A stretch of DNA of 35,896 nucleotides from Candidatus Dojkabacteria bacterium UBA5232 (GTDB taxonomy: Bacteria; Patescibacteriota; Dojkabacteria; SC72), in assembly GCA_002409215.1 (NCBI GenBank), contig DHUO01000006.1, positions 2,419-38,314 on the forward strand, in the 5' to 3' direction. Shown here piece by piece: positions 30,578 through 35,896 of this stretch (the first letter of the stretch is position 1; every line of letters begins with the position of its first letter). The notes below the pieces were generated by a model. It saw nothing but the letters and a program-made list of their open reading frames with translations. It was not told the origin of the DNA and did no database searches. The position numbers and the translations under genes are program-made.

Positions 30578-32791
30578 ATGCAAACATTTGAAAAATATCT
30601 CAATCCTATTCACAAGAATATAGAAGAATTGTCCGATTTTACTAATATCCTTCCAGAATCCAACCTTGAAAAAGAGGAATATAAACATCTGGAAAAGGTA
30701 ACTCTCATTACCAAGAAGAAGATAGAACACCTTTTACCCCAATTAAAAAGATTGGAGGTTGAACTGGAGAGGCAGATTCAAGAGATTGATGCAGAAAATG
30801 ATCCAGATGCAAAAAAAGATGCTCGCAATGTGTACAACAGTATCCTGTATGAAATTGAGTTAATGGTTAATAGGATTAATAACGAACTAATTGCTTTTGA
30901 TTCACCATATTTCGGAAAAATTATATTCCAACCAAATCATTCAAGAAGCAATAAACCTTTAGAACTATATATTGGAAAGTTTGCTTTATTAGATAAAGAT
31001 ACAAATATTCCATTAATTACAGATTGGAGATCTCCAATTGCAAATATATATTATCAAAACTCTGGTCCTGCTAAAGATGTTTCTTTTTTTGCTCCTGTTG
31101 GTGAGAGGAAAGGTGAATTAAAACAGAAAAGACAGTTCCAGATATCAAGAGCAAGGATAAATGGGATATATGATGCAAAATCAGGTAATGTTGCAGCAGA
31201 TGAGTTCCTTCTCTCACAACTACAAGAAAGAATTGGTAAAAAGCTTCAAGATATTGTCTCTACAATTCAGACTCAGCAGAATGAGATTATTAGGGACAGT
31301 ATCAATGTACCCGCTTTGATGCAAGGAGTTGCAGGGAGTGGTAAAACGACAATCCTCCTTCATAGACTTGCTTACCTTTTCTATACCTATCCAAAAGAGA
31401 TTAATAATACAAATTCATTGATTATTGCTCCCAATCAAATGTTCATTGATTATGTTTCTGATGTACTACCAAATCTTGGTGTTAAGAAGGTCGAAACATT
31501 GACATACCTATTCTGGGCAAAGAAGGTTTTAGGATGGGATCAATACTATACAATTTCCTCCGAAAAGGAAGACTTAGGTATTAAGGAGTACAAGGGTTCT
31601 TTTGAATTTATTGAGATATTAGAAAGATATTTTGAAGAATTTGAAACAAATCTGTTAGAGGGTATTCCAAGTACAATTCGATATAGTATTACCGATAGAT
31701 ACTACGAACTAAAAGAACAGTATAAAGATATTAATATGGCAGAAAGAGTCTCACTAGCTATTGAGTATGCTTTTGCACAAAGGGCTTTTAAGAGGTATAG
31801 GGATGGGAAAATAAATAGTAGAGAGGTTGATCAGGAGAAAATTAAAAATGATATTGATAGGTATATTCATAAAACATGTGATATTTATGAACTGTATAAA
31901 GGTCTATTCAAAACAAAGCTGTTATCAAAGGATATTGCTAAACACTCTTTAGATGGTCTTAAGCATAATGGAAGAATACGTACTTTTAGAATCGAAGATT
32001 TAGCTCCAATGGTTTATTTGTATTTCAAGATAAATGGGAGTAAGTTTGAAGAGAAAGCGTATGTAATGGTTGATGAGGCACAGGATATGAGTCTTATACA
32101 GCTGCTCACACTACTTTCTATTGCAAAGAACGGCAACATAACACTTGCAGGTGATTTAGCTCAATCTATAATTCCTCCCTTCTATATCAAAGATTGGGAT
32201 GATGTTAAAAAGTTAATTAAAGATAAAACAGGTAAAAACACATCATATTATGAACTCCAGAAATGTTATAGAACAACTGTTGAAATTATTAACTACGCAA
32301 ATAGTATCTTCGAACATACGTTTCCTAAGTCATATAAACTTCCTGAAGCTGTTTTAAGACATGGAGATGATGTTAGGATAATAGAGGAAGAAAAAAACAT
32401 CCAAGATATGGATAGTGCTAAGATTAAAGAATTGGTTGATTTAATTAAAAAAGATTTTGAGAAAGGATCTGTAACTATTGCTTTACTGGCAAGGGATAAG
32501 AATCATGCAATAGATCTTTTTAATGTATTTAAAGAGTATGAAGAAGAGATAGGCAGGAATGTTATTACTTACTCTGATAACAACTATCAGAATGGTCTTT
32601 TAATACTCCCTATTGAGAATGCTAAAGGTTTAGAGTTTGATTCAATTATACTTGCAGATATTAATTCTGATTTTTACCAAGAAGATATGCTCTCTGACAA
32701 ACTACTTTATGTTGCACTCACAAGAGCCTTGCACAGAGTATATGTAATTACAAAAAAAGGAGATAATTTTTCTAGGAAGTTTTTAAGATAA
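30578..32791 (+). CDS. helD: HelD-like UvrD/Rep superfamily-1 helicase (RNA-polymerase-associated type)
   Basis: 737 aa with an N-terminal coiled coil, then the HelD signature SPYFGKIIF...LYIGKFALLD....PLITDWRSPIANIYY. Also Walker A GVAGSGKT, VMVDEAQDM, a C-terminal AKGLEFDSIILAD and LYVALTRALHRVYV. Confidence 0.7.
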   Translation: MQTFEKYLNPIHKNIEELSDFTNILPESNLEKEEYKHLEKVTLITKKKIEHLLPQLKRLEVELERQIQEIDAENDPDAKKDARNVYNSILYEIELMVNRINNELIAFDSPYFGKIIFQPNHSRSNKPLELYIGKFALLDKDTNIPLITDWRSPIANIYYQNSGPAKDVSFFAPVGERKGELKQKRQFQISRARINGIYDAKSGNVAADEFLLSQLQERIGKKLQDIVSTIQTQQNEIIRDSINVPALMQGVAGSGKTTILLHRLAYLFYTYPKEINNTNSLIIAPNQMFIDYVSDVLPNLGVKKVETLTYLFWAKKVLGWDQYYTISSEKEDLGIKEYKGSFEFIEILERYFEEFETNLLEGIPSTIRYSITDRYYELKEQYKDINMAERVSLAIEYAFAQRAFKRYRDGKINSREVDQEKIKNDIDRYIHKTCDIYELYKGLFKTKLLSKDIAKHSLDGLKHNGRIRTFRIEDLAPMVYLYFKINGSKFEEKAYVMVDEAQDMSLIQLLTLLSIAKNGNITLAGDLAQSIIPPFYIKDWDDVKKLIKDKTGKNTSYYELQKCYRTTVEIINYANSIFEHTFPKSYKLPEAVLRHGDDVRIIEEEKNIQDMDSAKIKELVDLIKKDFEKGSVTIALLARDKNHAIDLFNVFKEYEEEIGRNVITYSDNNYQNGLLILPIENAKGLEFDSIILADINSDFYQEDMLSDKLLYVALTRALHRVYVITKKGDNFSRKFLR

Positions 32792-33162
32792 TGATATTTG
32801 AATGTGTTAATTGTAAAAAGGAAGTAGATACACAAGGTAATATTGGGACAAGAAATAGGAATCATTGTCCATTTTGTCTTCATTCTCTACATCTAGATAG
32901 AAGTATTCCCGGAGATAGGAAGGAGGCGTGTAGAGGTGTGATGAAACCAATTGGTATTACATTTAAGAATGAAAGAAAAGATAAATATGGGAAAGAAGAA
33001 GTAGGAGAAATTATGATTATTCATGAATGTAGTAAGTGCAATGTTATTTCAAAAAACAGGATAGCTGGTGATGATAGTGCTGAAAAGATTTTAGAAATAG
33101 CAGAGAGAACAGTTAATAAAAAAGAATTAAAAGAGGTTAAGAGACAACTTTTTGGGGAGTAG
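32791..33162 (+). CDS. RNHCP-domain zinc-ribbon protein
   Basis: 123 aa. CVNCKKEV...TRNRNHCPFCLHSLHLD contains the eponymous RNHCP motif, and a second Cys pair occurs in ECSKCN. The start overlaps the helicase stop (TAATG). Confidence 0.65.
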   Translation: MIFECVNCKKEVDTQGNIGTRNRNHCPFCLHSLHLDRSIPGDRKEACRGVMKPIGITFKNERKDKYGKEEVGEIMIIHECSKCNVISKNRIAGDDSAEKILEIAERTVNKKELKEVKRQLFGE

Positions 33163-33196
33163 TTTTTGCCATATTATTCCAAGTATATTAAAATAT

Positions 33197-33766
33197 ATGA
33201 TTATGAACAAAGCAAAAATAGCAAGAATAGTATCCGAAATGTCAAATGGTTTTCTTACAATGATATTAACACCATTATTGGCAATTGGGACCTCTACATT
33301 GGGTACAAAATTAAAGATAATATACTCCCTTGCATATCTCCTCGTTACTATCCTACCCTACCTTATTCTGAAAAAATTGGGTAAAGCTTCTGACTACGAA
33401 TTTACAAACAGAAAAGAGAGACCTCCTTATTTTATAACAGTATCACTTCTTTTTGGCTTATTATTTTTAATATTAAAAACATACAGTATTCCAACCTTAA
33501 CAGATATTTCTCTTGCACTTTTTGTTGTTGCATCTGTAATAACCATAGTGACATTCTTTTGGAAAATTAGCGGACATATGACATACTCTACCCTTCTCTT
33601 TATGACCTTAGGGTATATTTTTTCACCATACGTTCTACTTCTTTTTCTCTTCTCACCCTTCATTGGATGGTCTAGAATCGTATTAAAAAAACATACTTTA
33701 GGACAAGTTATTGCAGGAACTATTGTTACGGCAACTATTTGCATTCTAATTTACTGGGTATTTTGA
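33197..33766 (+). CDS. PAP2-superfamily membrane phosphatase
   Basis: Multi-pass membrane protein with the three PAP2 motifs in order: KERPPYF (K..RP), ISGHM (SGH) and WSRIVLKKHTLGQV (SR.....H). The listed ORF begins at TTG 33152, but ATG 33197 is more plausible. Confidence 0.6.
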   Translation: MIMNKAKIARIVSEMSNGFLTMILTPLLAIGTSTLGTKLKIIYSLAYLLVTILPYLILKKLGKASDYEFTNRKERPPYFITVSLLFGLLFLILKTYSIPTLTDISLALFVVASVITIVTFFWKISGHMTYSTLLFMTLGYIFSPYVLLLFLFSPFIGWSRIVLKKHTLGQVIAGTIVTATICILIYWVF

Positions 33767-33770
33767 TAGA

Positions 33771-35222
33771 ATGGCTAAAATGAAAAACCACACTATTACA
33801 GAACTTAGAGAAAAATTACTTTCTAAAGAACTTTCTGCAAAAGAAATTACATTGTACTATCTTGATCGAATTAAGAAGTATGATGAGAAGTTAAATACAT
33901 ATATTACTGTTTGTGGGCAGGATGCTTTAAAGAAGGCTGAGGAGTTTGATAACAGTTTTGAAAAAAGTAAGAGGAAAAAATTAGGTGGTATCCCTATTTC
34001 CGTAAAGGATGTTTTTTCTACAAAGGGTATTCAAACAACATGCGCATCACGTATTTTGGAAGGATATAATCCTGTGTATAGCGCTACCGTTATAGATAAA
34101 ATACTTGATGAGGATGGCATTATTCTCGGCAAAACTAACTTAGATGAGTTTTGTCACGGTTCTGGTACAACTACATCATACTACGGCTCATCTAGAAACC
34201 CTTGGGATATAACAAAATTGCCTGGTGGTTCGAGTGGTGGTTCCTCTTCAGCATTAGCTGCAGATTTATGTGCTGGAAGTTTAGGAACAGAAACAGCAGG
34301 TTCCATAAGATTGCCAGCTTCATGGTGTGGGGTTGTTGGCCTTAAACCAACGTACGGAAGAGTTTCAAGGTATGGAGTTCTTGCAATGGGTTCATCCTTG
34401 GACAGTCCTGGGCCTTTAGCAAAGTCTGTTGAGGATGCTGCTCTTCTTCTAAATATCATTGCAGGGTATGACAAGCATGATCAAACTTCATCGAAAGTAG
34501 AAGTTCCTGACTATTTAGAAGCGGTAAGGAGAGGAAATATTAAGGATTTGAAGATTGCACTTCCTAAAGAGTATTTAGATATGAAGTTAGAGGATGGTGT
34601 TAGAGAAAACTTTTTAAATAGTATTAATATATTAAAGAAATTGGGTGTGAGTATTGAAGAAGTTTCTTTACTTGATCCTAAGTTTGGTATTGCGGTATAT
34701 ACTGTAACTTGTAGAAGTGAGGTGTCATCTAATCTTGCAAGGTATGATGGTAGCAGATACGGTTTTGAAGGGAGTAATAATGAAACAATTACTGAAAATT
34801 ACTCTACTACAAGAGGTGAGGGGTTGGGAGAGGAAGCTAAGAGAAGAGTTATGACTGGAACATTCTCTCTTTCGGCAGGGTATTCTGATGAGTATTTTAA
34901 GAAATCAGAGCAGGTAAGACAGCTCATAAAAGAGGATTTTGATGATATATTAAAGGAATATGATGTCATAATCGGGCCCTCTACTCCATCAGTAGCACTA
35001 AGTGACAAGGATGCCGAGAACCCCCTTTTCGGAGAGTTGGCTGATGTGTTAGCAGAAGGAAGCTCATTGGCTGGACTCCCTGGAGTTTCAATTCCAAATG
35101 GGCTTGCTAATAAGATGCCTACAGGAATCCAGTTCATTGGACGACATTTTGATGAGGCAACAATCCTGACACTTGCTCATGCATTAGAGAAAGAGATAGG
35201 AAGATTAACTCTAGAACTTTAA
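33771..35222 (+). CDS. gatA: Glu-tRNA(Gln)/Asp-tRNA(Asn) amidotransferase subunit A
   Basis: 483 aa with the amidase signature GGSSGGSSSALAADLCAGSLGTETAGSIRLPASWCGVVGLKPTYGRVSRYG and a typical GatA N-terminus (ELREKLLSKELSAKEI). Confidence 0.92.
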   Translation: MAKMKNHTITELREKLLSKELSAKEITLYYLDRIKKYDEKLNTYITVCGQDALKKAEEFDNSFEKSKRKKLGGIPISVKDVFSTKGIQTTCASRILEGYNPVYSATVIDKILDEDGIILGKTNLDEFCHGSGTTTSYYGSSRNPWDITKLPGGSSGGSSSALAADLCAGSLGTETAGSIRLPASWCGVVGLKPTYGRVSRYGVLAMGSSLDSPGPLAKSVEDAALLLNIIAGYDKHDQTSSKVEVPDYLEAVRRGNIKDLKIALPKEYLDMKLEDGVRENFLNSINILKKLGVSIEEVSLLDPKFGIAVYTVTCRSEVSSNLARYDGSRYGFEGSNNETITENYSTTRGEGLGEEAKRRVMTGTFSLSAGYSDEYFKKSEQVRQLIKEDFDDILKEYDVIIGPSTPSVALSDKDAENPLFGELADVLAEGSSLAGLPGVSIPNGLANKMPTGIQFIGRHFDEATILTLAHALEKEIGRLTLEL

Positions 35223-35896
35223 GGTTCTAGGACTCCCAAGGTCTTTCCATTAACCTCTATTTGGACCTCTTTTACAGTCGGAAACTGTTTCAAAGTGTTC
35301 TCTATCTGTGATCGTATTTTACTTGTTAAACATGTCCCTCCTACTCCCTCTGTTAATTTCTCATTAAAGTTTGCATACGCTACGCCATTCTTAATGTTGA
35401 GAGATTTAAGTTCTGTACCAATTGGTATTGATGTGTAGTAGCCTTTCCCTCGTTCCGTAATGTTTGGGCCTTTAAGAAGCTCTGTCAGGGATGCTTTCCC
35501 AACAGCAACAGTCTCAGTAATTCTTCTAACAACGTAATGTGTTTTTTCACACTTCTCAGAGTTCGGATCTTCTACACTATTTGAAAAATATATTTTAACA
35601 GACACCGTTTTGGTTGGCTCTTCAACTATTTCCTTTTTCTCAGCCTCTTTAACAGAGCATGTTGAGGTAAAGGTGACAGGTATTCTATATTCATCATGAT
35701 TCTCATCTAAACCTGAAGGATTGTTGTTTTGTAATACTATCTCACCATCTCCTAAGCAACCCTCTTTACAAGATATGCTTTTAGAAAATGAGAGGATTTC
35801 TTCAACTGTGTAATCGTCATTGCTTTCTACACTTCCTGTCATTATCTCTTTATCATTAATTAGAATTGAGTATTGGAAGGAGTTTTCAAAAAACCA
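35219..35896 (-). CDS. GerMN-domain protein (possibly 5'-partial at window edge)
   Basis: LLKGPNITERGKGYYTSIPIGTELKSLNIKNGVAYANFNEKL...IENTLKQFPTVKEVQIEVNG matches the GerMN pattern. The listed start is ATG 35842, but the frame stays open to the window end. Confidence 0.55.
   Translation of the reverse strand, partial: WFFENSFQYSILINDKEIMTGSVESNDDYTVEEILSFSKSISCKEGCLGDGEIVLQNNNPSGLDENHDEYRIPVTFTSTCSVKEAEKKEIVEEPTKTVSVKIYFSNSVEDPNSEKCEKTHYVVRRITETVAVGKASLTELLKGPNITERGKGYYTSIPIGTELKSLNIKNGVAYANFNEKLTEGVGGTCLTSKIRSQIENTLKQFPTVKEVQIEVNGKTLGVLEP

Noticed and set aside
30509-30730. The 73-aa minus-strand ORF overlapping the helD-like start.
   Set aside because: It overlaps the helD promoter and the first 50 codons of a well-supported gene, and it has no motif. 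It is probably an antisense artefact of AT-rich sequence.
1-35896. I looked for CRISPR arrays, IS elements or transposases, integrases, rRNA genes and restriction-modification or other canonical defence genes.
   Set aside because: I found no short direct-repeat/spacer arrays, no DDE or serine/tyrosine recombinase-like ORFs and no rRNA-like sequence. The only repeated DNA detected is the two-copy ~205-nt element.

Overview
AT-rich, very gene-dense chromosomal segment. There is no rRNA, CRISPR array, transposase, integrase or obvious prophage. Gene content is mostly housekeeping. It includes trxB, an nrdR-nrdD-nrdG anaerobic (class III) ribonucleotide reductase operon, lexA, a mutL-degT-femAB-like operon, uvrB, nadK, uvrC, dnaE, rplS, gpmI, a DedA protein, a DUF192 protein, a HelD-like helicase, an RNHCP zinc-ribbon protein, a PAP2 phosphatase, gatA and three tRNAs (Pro-UGG, Gln-UUG, Gly-UCC). 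Overlapping genes, missing Shine-Dalgarno sites, the anaerobic RNR and many anchored surface proteins fit an uncultivated small-genome anaerobe (CPR/Patescibacteria-like), but this is inference only. Five things stand out. (1) nrdD is interrupted by an in-frame 102-nt insert bracketed by an exact 8-nt direct repeat, so the glycyl-radical domain sits on a separate, unlisted 43-codon ORF just before nrdG. (2) A roughly 205-nt GC-ended element with inverted termini occurs twice (1454-1658 and 17977-18185), with block-wise conservation. (3) At least eight genes have a -10 box only 5-8 nt from the ATG, suggesting leaderless transcripts. (4) A four-gene overlapping operon encodes a cupin-PGI-like protein and a transglutaminase-like protein that both appear to lack catalytic residues, plus a membrane-tethered Rx4H (HEPN-like) protein. 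(5) A HelD-like helicase is translationally coupled to an RNHCP protein. All family calls rest on motifs read by eye and none was checked against a database.
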